Shown: positions 22,141-35,440 of the stretch, piece by piece | Layout of the letters: every line of letters begins with the position of its first letter | Position numbering within the stretch: position 1 is the stretch's first letter | Origin: Mobula hypostoma | Lineage: Eukaryota | Direction: 5' to 3' | DNA: 64,000 nt | Assembly (NCBI RefSeq): GCF_963921235.1 | Contig: NC_086108.1 | Span: 31,684,001 to 31,748,000, forward strand | The notes under the pieces: model-generated | Told to the model about the DNA's origin: nothing | The model's database searches: none | Seen by the model: the letters and a program-made list of their open reading frames with translations, nothing else | Program-made: the position numbers and the translations under genes

Positions 22141-23344
22141 TTATCTTCAGGTATTCCATGCCTCAATTTATAATGCCCAGGTCTGTGTAATCAGTTTGGG
22201 ATCTGTCAACAATATCTTTACACTCCCCTTTAAATCCTGCTCTTTAATTTATTTTGCCTCTTCTCATCTTTCCTACAAAAATACAACAATTTTCTATTTC
22301 TTTGCATTAAATTCTGTTACCTGCTATCATCCTCCTTACAGCTCACTATGTCTCTAAAATTGGAAACTGTGCCCTGTACAGTCAAGTCCAAGTTATTAAT
22401 GTTTATTAAGTAAAGGAGTGGTCCTAGTTCAAGTTGAATTGTCATTTAATCATACACCTGAATACAGCCAAAACAAACACCATTCCTCCAGGGCCAAGGT
22501 GCAAAACACAGCACACAACACATGGAGCCAAGTTTCTGCAGGAACAAGCCAACAGCAGTCTTCATCACATGCTGCAGACACATGCAATCCAGTTTGTCTT
22601 CCACCAAAGAAACACTGGAGGGCAGCACCAATAGGAGAGCCAGTCCCCAGTTCTTCCCACACTGCCTCTGGCATCTCCCTCCCCGAGCAGCTCCAACAGG
22701 TAACCCCGCGGCATGAGGGCCTGGTCACCATGGCAACCAAAGTTACTCAGCTCTATGCAGCTGCTCTCGCCAATGAACCAGTAAACCAGACTTCCACTAC
22801 TCTGTATTACCAATGTCAAACACAAGAAAAACATCCAAGACAATCATCTGCACCGTTTGTTGGACCACGGACTGCTTTTGACGCCTTCCTCCTTGGCTGT
22901 CTGTAGCAGGCAGCAATATGGTGCACAACAAGTTTAGCTCCACTGCTATCAAGCAACTCAACAGTGGGACAGTCCTACAGCACTTGATGTTCTCAATATC
23001 TAGCAGGTTTTGCGATTGTACAAAAGATGCAAAGGATGGACAATTACACCTTTGCTTGGACCCAGAGAGGCTGCTGTGACAGAGCACATCACCATCTTAT
23101 GTGCCAACACCTGGGACACCAGTGGGTAGTACCTCACTGTCTGAAAAACAACCTTTCACTACTACACTCTATTTCCTATTACTTACTCAATGGTGCTATA
23201 CGGTATCCGGTTTCATTTCAGCACACATATACTTGATAACAAACCAAATAAGCGACAACTTATCAAGTGTCTTATCAAAAGCATATTTATACTGTATTAA
23301 TCTCATTTCATTCATTGATCTTTGCTACTTCATCATAAAACTAT

Positions 23345-26300
23345 TAAGACCACAAACACAGGAAAAGAATTAGGCAATTCAGTCCATCGAGTCTGCTCCG
23401 CCATTCTATCATGGCGAATTTATTAACCTTCTCAACCTCATTCTTCTGCCTTCTCCCCGTAATATTTGACACCCTGACTATTCAAGAACCAATCTGTTGT
23501 GTCTGTGCATAACTACGTAAGAGTTTTTTAAAAAGTGCATGCGGGAGATAGCTTTAACTGGTGTATTCACATTACACCAAGAGAGAGAGAGAGAGAGACA
23601 ACAATGTGCATACATAAACCCCAACTCATGCGCAGGCAACAAATCATACATAGTGCTGTTGTGGGGGGAGGGGGGGCCGTCATTGCTGTAAAAGAACTAG
23701 ATCCTTACATTACGTTTCCTCCCCTTTAGATTAATGCACCTTTAAACTGTTTCTGTAGAAAACATACAATCTCCCTTTCATAAATGCATATTTCAAATAA
23801 ACATGTTTTCACAGTTATCCATAACAACTTCACAGTTCTAAAGGTTCAGTCTTTTGGGTGGCACTCTATTTCAACAGGATAACGCCTCTGGACTTGTGGT
23901 GTGGCATTAGGTTTGGCAGGTGTCTTGTCAACGATACATTCTCACTATGCCTCTGGACTTGTGGTGTGGCATCAGGTTTGGTAGATGCCTTGTCTAAGAC
24001 AACGTTCTCGGTTTCCAGTGTCATGTTGGTGTCAATGACATCATCACCGAGAGTTAAGTCCAGTGACTGTAATGTATCCATTTTGTTGAATGCAGTTGAC
24101 CCAGGTGTGCTCTTTGGTTGAGCATCCAGTATCTGTTCCACATGACGTCTCCATGTCTGATCTCCAACATCCACTGTGTACATCAGTGGTCCATTTCTTG
24201 CTGCTGTCCTACCAGGTGTCTACTTGTCTATTCGGTAATCGTGCATTAGGACTTCCTGTCCAATCTCGAAGCTGCTTGCTGCTTCACCTGGTAACTGGCT
24301 GACCTGTTTATTCTGCACTTCCCTTTGTAGATCTGGTTTCAGGAGGTCTATGCGAAATCTCAGATTCCTGTTCATGAACAGCATTGCAGGTGTTTGATTT
24401 CTCATTGCATGGACAGAGTTCTGATACACAAAAAGGAAGTTGTCCACCTTGTGCTGTAGTGAACTGCCCTTCTCGTCCATCACTTAAATGGACTTCTTGA
24501 ATGTTTGGACAAACCGTTCAGCTAACCCATTCGTTGCTGGGTGGTGAGGAGCTGACTTGAAATGTCTGATGCCATTTTTCTTCATGAACAGTTGGAATTA
24601 TTCTGACATGTATTGTGGTCCGTTGTCACTCAAAGTTTGTTCTGGTGAAGATAGTCCTCAGAGCAGAGATTGTCTTTGCTGAGGTGGTTGACTTCATTGG
24701 TATGAACTCCGCCTACTTCAAATGAGTATCCACAGCAATCAGAAACATGAATGGACCAGCAAAGTTAATATGCATTCTTTGCCGTGTGATGACGATCACT
24801 CCTATGGCTGTAAACCTTCCTATGAGGGTGCATTCTGAACTTTTTGGCTTCCCGAACAGCTTTGGGCCAAGTCTTCAATCTGCTTATCTATTTCCTTCTC
24901 AAACACCTTTCCATTAGCATTAACCAGCTGTGACAATCTCTGGTTAGTTCTACCACTTGGGCTGCAATTTCCTGTTGATGCCATACCAAAAGCTTTGATT
25001 GAGTGCCAGTCTGGTTGGATTTTTCTCAATCATTCACATCCAAAAAGTGCTGGCCCTCCACTTTCCAATGCATAAAGCTCTAGCTGTTGTGTGTTGGCCT
25101 CCATATATCGCATTTCCCTTCAGTTTGCCTTTGGGAGACACTTCTTCACCTGTGTAAGTCTTTAGCATCACTGAGGTCTTCTCTAATGGTAGCTTTGAAA
25201 ATGGTCCTTTGTAATCAGCCTCTGGAGTTATAGACAAAACTAACCCTGTATCCAGCTTCATTTTCAGTTTTACACCAGACATACTTATTGTGATCCAGAT
25301 GATGTTGTGATCTGCTTCGGTTATACTATGCAGTTCTAGGCATGACAGTGCTCCTTGGTCAGACTCTATGTTGTCTGATTCTGTTTTACATTCAGTAACT
25401 TTATGCATTTGCTTTGTTTTGTGTTTGAGACTTTTCACTCAGTTGTGCTTTTTGTCTGCCTTGCACATTCTCTCTAGGTGACCTTGTCTGTGACACTTTC
25501 TACAGACCTTTTCTTTGAACCAACAGTCATTTGCATCATGGGAGGATTTGCCACATTGATAACATTTTTGGCTTTTTTGCACCATTCAGGGATATTTTGT
25601 GCATATCACATTCTAACCTCCGTGTCTGTAGTTCTGCTGCATCCTTTGCTGTAGACTCCAATCATTTTACAACGGTCAATGACCGTTCTAAGATTAGGTC
25701 TCTTTCGGACAGTAGCCCGTTTTGAATGTTTTCACTATGCATGCCACATACAAGCCTGTCCCTTAATGCATCAGAGAGTCCATCTCTAAAGCCACCGTAC
25801 TGGGAAAATTTGTATTCAGAAATGCTTTCATCTTTTGACTGGTTCCTTTTGTAAAATCTAAATCCCTCAGCTATTACCAGCTGTTTAGGGTTCCAGTGAT
25901 TTTGTAAATTTGTAACAATTTCAAAGAATGTCTTGCTTGCTGGCTTTGTAGGGATTGCTAAGTTACATAACGGACTCTACGTTCTAGGCCCCATTATGCT
26001 AAGAAGTGTCGGAGCTCTCTTTTGTTCTTCCACGTTGTTCACTTTACAATACAATTCCACCCTCTCAATACATGACTCCCAGCTTTCAGTAGAGCTATCA
26101 CATTCATCAACTTTCCTGACTTTCATCACCACATTATGTTCACTTTAAATTCAGCGCATCTTTCACTGATTATCACAGGTCCTTCTGTGTTCCTGTGCTA
26201 TTTAACTCTCGCTGTTTCATCCCATAATCGTGCCGTAACTGTCGGTGAAGTTCTTGATTCTTTCTGATATTCAGATTCATACACACCACCAATATGTTGT

Positions 26301-26945
26301 GTCTGTGCACAACTACATATCAATTTTAAAAAAGCATGCACATGGGTGATGGCTTTAACTGGTATATTCACACTGCAGTGAGAGAGAGAGAGAGAGAAAA
26401 CAATGCAGATGCATAGACAACAGCGCATGAGCAGACAACAACTTAATACTTAGTTTTGGCGGGTGGGGTCATTGTTCTAAAAGAAATAGATTCATACATT
26501 ACACACCAATCTTTGCTTTAAGTATACACAATGACTTTGAGTCCACAGCTGTCCTTGGCAACGAATTCCACAGATCCACTACTCTCTGGTTTAAGAAATT
26601 CCTCCTCATCTCTGTTAAAAAGGGATGTTCTTCGATTCTAAGGCTATACTCTCTGGTACTAGACTGTCCCACTATAGTAGGCATCCTCCTGTCTACATCC
26701 ACTTTGTCTAGGTCTTTTAATATTTGAAATATTTCAGTGGAAATTCCCTCATTCTTTTAAATGCCAGCAAGTACAGGCCCAGAGCCATCAAACACTCCTC
26801 ATATATTAACCCTTTCATTCTCAGGATAATTTTTGTGAACCTTCTCTGGACCCTCTCCAATGCCAGCACATCCTTTCTTAGATAAGGGCCTAAAACTGCT
26901 CACCATATTCCAAATGTGGTCTACCCAATGCCTTATAAAGCCTCA
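23345..26945 (-). mobile_element. CR1 3' end, split by Gypsy C
   Basis: The CR1 3' UTR at 23345-23494 resumes at 26506 (ORF 26499-26702 EMRRNFLNQRVVDLWNSLP). Confidence 0.75.
23495..26503 (-). mobile_element. Ty3/Gypsy element C (Mag-like, two CCHC knuckles), lacking RT and RNase H
   Basis: LTRs 23495-23714 and 26295-26503; PPT AAAGGGGAGGAAA on the minus strand at 23715-23727. Gag knuckles CYQCGKSSHDANDC/CRKCHRQGHLERMC (about 25460-25565), protease LDTG (ORF 25034-25438), integrase (SAPHHPATNGLAERFVQTFK at about 24495-24555; ORF 24220-24483). Confidence 0.88.
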
Positions 26946-27289
26946 GTTTTTTTGTTATAAAAGCAGTAAGTTCAAGCAATTGATCATTGTGAATTTGAAT
27001 AAAACATAATTGGAGCATATTTTCAATCTGATTTCAAAAACATGGTAACTAAGTTGGCTGGCATTCTTTATCTTGCCCACATTGGTAACATCAGCATTAA
27101 ATGATCATATGAATGATAGCCATTTGCACAGTGAAACTCTGAACAGTGTTCTGAACACAGTTTTCAGTTCTATTCTCAGAGCACACCCAAAGAACATTTC
27201 CCCTCCTGATGGTCATTGTGAGCAACTCAGAAAACTTTGTGCCAAACATTAAAAGTTAGGATATGAGCTAACAATATTTACATTTTCTA

Positions 27290-28005
27290 AGGTCCATAAG
27301 ACCTTATGATATAGGAGCAGAATTAGGCCATTTGGCCCATCAAGTCTACTCAGCCATTTCATCATGGCTGATCCATTGGCTTCAATCTCTTGCCTTCTCC
27401 CCATATCCCTTCATGCCCTGACTAATCAAGAATCTATCGGCCTCTACAGAGTTATCAGAGAAAGTGAGGGATGGTCAGAGGAAAAAAAACTTTTGATCGT
27501 GTGGATAGTCAGAGGCTTTTTCCCAGGGCTGAAATGGCTAACACGAGAGGGCACAGTTTTAATGTGCTTGGAAGTAGGTACAGAGGAGATAGAACATAGA
27601 ACATAGAATAGTACAGCACAGTACAAGCCCTTCGGCCCACAATGTTGTGCCGACCCTCAAACCCTGCCTCCCATATAACCCCCCACCTTAAATTCCTCCA
27701 TATACCTGTCTAGTAGTCTATTAAATTTCACTAGTGTATCTGTCTCCACCACTGACTCAGGCAGGGTAGGTCAGGGTAAGTTTTTTGTGAGAAAGTGGTG
27801 AGTGCATGGAATAGGCTGCCGGCAATGGTGGTGGAGGCGGATACGATAGGGTCTTTTAAAAGACTCCTGGATAGATACTTGGTGCTTAGAAAAATAATGG
27901 GTAACCTTAGGTAATTTCTAAGTAAGTACATGTTCGGCACAGCATTGTGGGCTGAAGGACCTGTGTTGTGCTGTAGGTTTTCTATGTTTCTAAGTTCTAT
28001 GTTTC
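27290..28005. mobile_element. Cluster of three CR1 3'-end fragments: 27290-27445 minus; 27455-28005 plus, interrupted by a young copy at 27589-27764 minus
   Basis: Recognisable CR1 3' UTRs and tails; the middle piece is near-identical to 39311-39480. Confidence 0.75.
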
Positions 28006-28354
28006 TTTATATTCAAAAAGCTTCTCAGTGTTATATTGAGGCAACGGGATGCTTTAGTAAGCTTTCAGTGTTCATTTATATCTCATTAGGTGGTATAATT
28101 GTTCCATTTGAAGCTGTCGTCCTCAGAAATGAAAATATCAGATAAGGAAACTGATTAACTGGATTTGGAAGTGATGGGAACTCTCTGTATCATCACACAA
28201 TACTAAAGGTTTTCTTTACATCGTACAGTGCAAAGATAAACTCTGTTTCATTGTTTAAATGCATCAGTACATCATATTAGCACATTATGCCCCAGAACCC
28301 AAGCCACAATTATGGCTGTCCATTTAGTTAAGAAATTAAGAATTAGCTAAGAAA

Positions 28355-29050
28355 TTTCGGTTCTTTGCGGGAATGGGATCCGTTCTCGGGGTTTCAGGAT
28401 TGGCCGCTGATGTTTGGCATGCAAAGGGTTCGGCCTGAGAGTCGGCCTTGTGTTTGGAAGCCTAAGATCTCAGGGTTCTGGAGACGGCCGGATTGAGGGT
28501 TGCTGTCACAGCAGGAGGCTCGTGTGTCGTCGGGGAGGCTGGAAAATCTTTCACTGTGGGCCCAAAGACCCGAGATCTTTGTGATCTTCTGGCACAGAGC
28601 TTGTAAAAAGTGAAGAAATTGACTTGTTAACATTGTAAACCAGCGGGTTGTTGTTATGTCTCCAGGTCTCTGTGAAAATGGGGGACACCTCCTTCTCCCT
28701 TACTAGGGAGAGACAGAACCTGTGGTTTGCTGAAAGCCAGATGAAATGCGATAACCTTTGGGGTAACTGCAAGGTCTGTGTCTATGCTATCGCTTAGCTC
28801 ACACTTGTGCTCGGTAGTGGGTGCGCATTTTTTGCTGGTGGGGGTGTGGGGGTTATCAGTGCCTTGCTGCCACTTACGCACGGGAGGGGGAGCTGGGGGG
28901 TACTTTGGGGTTCTCACATTTAACTGTCGTTCATTCTTTGGGGTACTTCTCTGTTTTCGTAGATGTTTGTGAAGAAAAAGCATTTCAGGGTGTATATTGT
29001 ATACATTTCTCTGACATTGAATTGGACATTTGAACTTTGAACCATTGAAA
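28355..29050 (+). mobile_element. Non-coding element with a Rex1-like 3' tail
   Basis: GC-richer non-coding body ending CATTTCAGGGTGTATATTGTATACATTTCTCTGACATT...TGAACTTTGAACCATTGAA, similar to the Rex1 tails at 33530-33595 and 37430-37485. The 5' edge is uncertain. Confidence 0.5.
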
Positions 29051-29414
29051 TCAAACAATTATCTGACTCAACCAATTGACAAATCTAGGGATAAATGGCT
29101 AGAACTAGAATTGATTTATTATTGTCACTTTTACAAAGTTACAGTGAAAAGCTTGGCTTGAAAGCTGTTCATACAGATGAAATAATTACATGGTGCATTG
29201 AGGTCAAACAAAGTAGAACAATAACAATGCAGAATGACGTGCAACAGCCACACAGAAAGTGTTGTGCAGGTAAACAAAGTGCACCATCATAATCAGGTAG
29301 ATTGTGAGGTCAAGAGTCTATCTTATCATACTGTTTTATAACAGCAGAACTATCTACGTCATTTGAAGATGAACATGTATATTCTCCTTTATTGGGAAGT
29401 AAAAGAAATTTTTG

Positions 29415-29625
29415 CCAGCCAGTGTTTCAGCGGCATCCGCACCAGGACTTCAAGGTGAGTGGTCTTGGGTTCGAATCCGGCCGACTCCTAGCACGCTGCC
29501 CATCTGAGCTGGGTTGAGCATAGAGCTGGCAACTCGGCTTCATAAAAACAGACAACAATGCTAAAGAAACAGCAAGGTTGCAGTCCGATGTGTCACAAGG
29601 TGCAGAAAGGAACACAACAACAAAA
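29415..29625 (+). mobile_element. tRNA-derived SINE, second family
   Basis: Perfect B box GGTTCGAATCC at 29468-29478, decayed A box upstream, (CAA)n-like tail. Confidence 0.7.
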
Positions 29626-29889
29626 TAAATTACTTTGGTTAATCCTCTTGTGCATTACCTGTGAAAAATTGAGCTGGACCTGATTGGTGTTCTGCATTAT
29701 GTTAGATCTACATTGGTTTTCTCCAGTCGATCTACACTTGGCCAGATGACTGCTAATTCTTGGTTCTGAAAGCTTCACCTATCACCAAGGATAAACTGAC
29801 TGATCTGTGTTTACTGGATTTATCCCTGCACTGTTTTTTAAAGAAGGATATAACATTTCCAGTTTTACGATCCTCTGAATTTCTTATCT

Positions 29890-32152
29890 GAAGACCACAG
29901 CCCCAGCAGTGAGGACCAGGAAGGTTTGGTCAAGGGAGCTAGAGGAGAAGGACTGCTTTGAAATGGTGGACTGGACTGTATTTAGAGATTTATCTTTGGC
30001 TCTGAATGAGTACACCACAGCTGTCTCTGACTTCATTAAAACCAATGTGGATGAGTGTGTGCCTACAAGAGCTTAGTGTACATACCCAAATCAAATGTGT
30101 GGATGATTGAGGAGGTTCATAGACTGCTGAGGGTGGAATCTGTGGCGTTCAGGTCTGGTGACCCTGGTCTATACAAGAAAACCAGCTATAGACAATAGAC
30201 AATAAGTGGAGGAGTAGGCCATTCAGCCCTTCGAGCCAGCACCACTATTCACTGTAATCATGGCTGATCATCCACAATCAGTACCCTTTTTCCTGCCTTC
30301 TCCCCATATCCCTTCACTCCGCTATCATTAAGAGCTCTGTCTAACTCTTTTTTGAAAGAATCCAGAGAATTGACCTCCACTGCCTTCTGAGGCAGAGCAT
30401 TACACAGAACCACAACCCTCTGTGTGAAAAAGTTTTTCCTCAACTCTGTTCTAAATTGTCTACCCCTTATTCTTAAACTGTGGCCTCTGGTTCTGGAATG
30501 ACTTACAGAGGGCTATTTCAAGAGCTAAGGAGCAATTCCAAGCAGGGTTGGAGGCAACTTCGGATGCACGCCAACTCTGGTAGGGTTTGCAGGCTATTAT
30601 TTCCTGCAAAGTAAAAGCCAACATCATGAATGGCTGTGATGCTTCACTCCTAGATGAGCTCAACGCCCTTTATGCATGCTATGAAGGGGAGAATAAAACT
30701 ACAACTAAGAGGATTGCTGCAGCACCCGGTGACCCTGTGATCTTTGCCTTGAAGGTCGATGTCAGGCTGACTTTCAAGATGATGAACCTTCGCAAGGCGG
30801 CAGGCCCCGATGGAGTACCTGGTAAGGCTCTGAAAACCTGTACCAACTAACTGGCGGACGTGTTCAAAGATATTTTCAATCTCTCATTGCTACAGTTGGA
30901 AGTTCCCACCTGCTTCAAAATGGCAACAATTATACCAGTGCCCAAGAAGAGCAGGGTGAGCTGCCTTAATGACTATCACCTAGTGGTACTCACATCTGCG
31001 GTGAAGAAGTGCTTTGAGAGGTTGGTCATGGCTAGAATCAACTCCTGCCTCAGCGAGGGTCTGGACCCATTGCAATTTGCCTATCACCACAATAAATCCG
31101 CAGCAGACATTAGCTCTTCACACAGCCTGGACTAAACAAATACCTACGTCAAATGCTGTTTATAGACTGCAGCTCACCATCATTCCTACTGTTCTGATCG
31201 AAAAGCTCCAGAACTTGGGCCTCTGTCTGTAGCTGGATCATTGACTTCCTAACCAGAAGACCATGTTCTGTTCTAATTGGAAATAACATCTCTACCTCGC
31301 TGACTATCAACGCTGGTGCGCCTCAGGGATGTGTGCTTAGCCTGCTGCTCTACTCTCTTTATATCTATGACTGTGGGGCTGGGCACAGTTCAAATGCCAT
31401 CTATATGCTTGCTGATGAAACACCCATTGTTAGCAGAATCTCAGATGGTGACAAGGGGGTGTATAGGAGCGAGGTGCACCAGCTAGCTGAGTGATGTCGC
31501 AGCAACAACCTTGCACTCAACGGCAGTAAGACCAAGGAATTAATTGTGGACTTCAGGGAGGAGAAGCTGACAGAACACACGGCAGTCCTCATCGAGGGAT
31601 CAGCAGTTTCAAGCTCCTGGGTGTCAACATCTCTAAAGATCTATCCTGGGCCCAACATATTGATGCAATTACATAGAAGGCATGGCAGCGGCTAGATTTC
31701 ATTAAGAGTTTGATGAGACTTGGTATGTCATCAAAGACTCTCGCAAATTTCTACAGATGTACCACTGAGAGCATTCTCACTGGCTGCATCACCATCTGGT
31801 ATGGAGGGACCACTGCAAAGGATCAAAGAGAAACAATGCAGATGTTGGTAAACTTAAACAGATCCATCATGGCACCAGCCTCTGCAGCACTGAGGACACA
31901 TTCAAAAGGTGATACCTCAGAAAGATGGCATCCATCATTAAGGACCCCCATCACCAAGGACATGCCCTCTTCTCATTGCTACCATCAAGGAGAAGGTACA
32001 CACTCAAAGTTTCAGGAGCAGCTTCTTCCCTTCTGCCAATATAATTCTTATTGTAGTTCATAATTTTTTATTATATATTACATTGTACTGCTGCCACAAA
32101 ACAATACATTTCATGAACATAAGCCAGTGATATTAAACCTGATTCTGATTCA
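29890..32152 (+). mobile_element. Rex1/Babar LINE, decayed, with a CR1 3' end inserted at 30188-30497 (minus)
   Basis: ORFs 30587-30850 (DELNALYA..RKAAGPDGVPG), 30860-31135 and 31710-32063; tail CCTGATTCTGATTC. Confidence 0.85.
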
Positions 32153-33089
32153 GAATCTCCAAAATGGAAATATATTCTTATTAACTCTGGAAAAGCTCTC
32201 TCTCCCTCCCTCTCTTCTTCTCTCTTTCCTTCTCTCTCTACATCCCCCTCTATCCCTCTCCCTCTCCCTCATGAAAGGTTAGATAGTCATTTAGCTGCCA
32301 AGGCATTTCATAGTCTTTTCCTCAATCACAATCGGAAACACATTAAATATATGTTTCTTGCCTGAGAAGCCCGTTGACCTTAAGTGTATAAAATGACATT
32401 TTCCTGTAGGCATCAGCAATGTACTGTCGGAAGAGTTTAACTAACACATGTTATGGTAAGTTTTATGGTTCTAGTGCAGAGAGAGCAGGGCGGTGAAACA
32501 GGTTAAATTGCTCTCACACTGGGCTGGATAGAGAATAAAACTGTCCTCTACAGTGCTTGACCTGATTTGATTCGATAGAATAGGAACACCATGTGGCTAT
32601 CAGATAGGTTTTTATTTACACATTCAATTATAATTGAGCCTCATGAAATGGAAAACTGGACACAAAGATATTTTCATTATATTAAGTCTTGGAATCTCAA
32701 GCACAAATTCTAGCTGGTTCAAATCAAATTTTCACAGTACTAACCAACCTCTCCCTCGAAACTGTCCTTCCCACAAAATGGCCTTCTCTTCATGTGGAGC
32801 TGGCCACAAGCCCTAAGGAGATTCAATAAACAATTCTTGTTTATATACAAGGTATGTTTTAAAAACTTCAGATTCCTTTTTCAATATTTTTATTAATTTT
32901 CTACACAGGAGAATACAGAGTTCAAGAAAAAAGAAATATATCAAATACATTATACTGAATCGCACATACAAACTCCTTACTCTATATACATACATAATAT
33001 TGAAACATAGTAAATTTATTATATGAAAAAAAATCTAACCCACTACCAAGACCGAAGCTGATTAGTAAAGAAGAAAAAATTGCAAAGCA

Positions 33090-33595
33090 AACACAGCAGC
33101 ACCTCTAATTCCTTAGGAGTCTATGGAGATTCAACATGACATCAAAAACTTTAACAAACTTCGATAGACGTGTAGTGGAAAGTGCATTGACTGGCTGCAT
33201 CATGGTCTGGTACAGAAACACCAATGCCTTTGAATGGAAAACCCTATGAAAAGCAGTGGATTCAGCCCAGTACATCACAGGTAACGCCCTCCCCACCATT
33301 GAGCACACCTACATGAAACGCTGTTGTGGGAAAGCAGCATCCGCCATCAAAGATCCTCACCACCCAAGTCATGCTCTCTTCTCACTGCTGCCATCAAATA
33401 GAAGGTACTAGAAACTCAGGACTCGCACTACCAGGTTCGAGAACAGTTACTACCCCTCAACCATCAGGCTCTTGTTCCTGTTATATTTACTATTCTATAG
33501 ATTTGCTGAGTATGCCCGCAGGAAAATTAATCTCAGTGTTACATGTGGTGACATATAAGTACTCTGATAATACAATTTACTTTGAACTTTGAATA
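33090..33595 (+). mobile_element. Rex1/Babar LINE 3' fragment
   Basis: Similar to 1000-1655; tail TTTGAACTTTGAA. Confidence 0.8.
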
Positions 33596-33934
33596 TTGGC
33601 ACTATGGGTTGAATAACTTTTTTATGCCATATATGTCTGATTCTTTTGTATAACAAACGTATTTTTGATACTATCGATAACATTGAACCAGCTCAGTACT
33701 CTCTCAAAAAATATCAAGGAACTGTGAAACTCCCTCCAGCTCTTCTGGGTTTATGGCAACTTTCATAATCAATGATCTGCCAAGGCTTATGTAAAACTTT
33801 ATGGAAGAAATGCATGAAAATCAGACCCAGGCTATTGCAACCAGGAGTGAAAATGTGTCCTACATTGCTTGTTGCAGGACAAAACCTTCCTGGGTTCCAA
33901 GCTGTGCAACAGAGGCTGCTAAACCTGCAGATAA

Positions 33935-34310
33935 GGTGGTTGCAGATGTTGGAAAACCAGATGAACAAAACAAGGCTCTGGAGGAGGTCAGATCAGGCAG
34001 TATTTGTGGAGGGAAATAAACAATTGACTTTTCTGAGACCCCTCATCAGGACTGGAAAGGAAGGGGGGAAGAAGCCAGACTAAGACGGCAGGGGAAGGAG
34101 TACAGCTGACAAGAGATAGGTGGAACCAGGTGAGGGGGAAGATAGGTGGGTGGGGGGGGAAGATAAAGTGAGAAGGTGGGAGATGCAGGAGGTAAAGGGC
34201 TGAAGGAGGAAGAATCTGATAGGAGAGGATTGTGGACCATGAGGGAAAGGAAATGAGGAGATAATGGGCAAGAGGGGAAAAGAGAATGGGTAAAAGGGGA
34301 CCCAGAGGAC
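33935..34310 (-). mobile_element. Penelope-like 3' end remnant
   Basis: Reverse complement resembles 10480-10790, including a decayed CAGTCCTGATGAGGGGTCTC hammerhead half. Confidence 0.65.
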
Positions 34311-34729
34311 AATTCCTGAACTGTTTCTGGAGCTGGAAGCATAAGGGCAATTATTGTGATGTCTTAAACAAAATATTGACTGTGCAATATACCTAATCAG
34401 ATCAGGTAATTAATTAGATGTCAGATTTATCCTAAACACGTCACAAAAAGTTATTAAGGTCACACGCAGTAACACTATAACCTGCTTTTGCCAGTGCAAT
34501 AACTGTCGTAAGAGTGGGCAGGGAGTGGCAGAGTGAGGAGGAAGCTAAAATTAGGACCGAGTTATTGATGTTAATCTTGCAGTTACAGAGAATATGTCAC
34601 TTCAAGGAAGACTCCAACTCCATAAATGTTAAAACTAAGTTTTTCACTCTATCTCTGTGCATGACAATAATAGTAGATCAATACCAAACTAACATCAAAA
34701 GCAATGAAATCCTTTTTTACTGGGTGTCT

Positions 34730-35440
34730 CTGGAAATGCGGCTCGTTTTCCCCTCACTAACAGCCACTGGACTCTGTGAAACCCACCTTCCTCGGGCTTC
34801 ATATGTCTAGGGTGTATACGGCTTTGGTCCCACCAAGTCTGTGGGACCGGGATGTCTTGCCCACCTAAACCTTGTTTTGTGTGAATGGTGTATGATTTAC
34901 TGCCCCCTGCAATCGTCTGTCAACATGAAATAACGGATCATACACCGCATGCAATCACAAGGAAATTACATTTATGAACGTTAACTTAACCAAGGAATTA
35001 GTAAAGAAAAGAAAGGGGAAAAAAACACAAAAAGGACCCATTATAAGTATACAGTCAAATATGCACAGACTGGAGCTCAAATCTTCCAAAAGCCTTATTC
35101 ACTGATCCTTGGAAGATTTCTGTGCCTTGGGCTCCATCGAATTGCGTTACCCACCAGAACGAATCCTATGGCTGGCTCTCCCCAGTGTCTTCTCTCCTCA
35201 TCTCCCGCCTAACAAAGACCTCAATCCCACTCCACCCCAACCTCCCTGCCAGTGTCATCACAAAGACTTCTCCCCCAGCATTCTCTAGAACCTTCTCCCA
35301 GTTCCACTCTCCTGATTGGATGACACACATTCCTATGCATCCCTTATCTTTAACGGTAGCCCAAACAGTGCCAGCAGAAAGAGTATTACATGAAATGCCC
35401 TGCAACCTTAGCAGTAAAACCTTTCCCAGGGAATTATACT
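34730..35440 (-). mobile_element. Probable solo LTR, decayed
   Basis: Non-coding block of about 700 bp. The minus strand starts ..TATAATTCCCTGGGAAAGG (possible decayed TGTAA start) and has a CCAAT box. Termini and TSD are not clean. Confidence 0.4.

Noticed and set aside
26504..26511. CCAATC as TSD of Gypsy C
   Set aside because: It matches the left flank only if an extra CA is allowed after the LTR end; not reliable.
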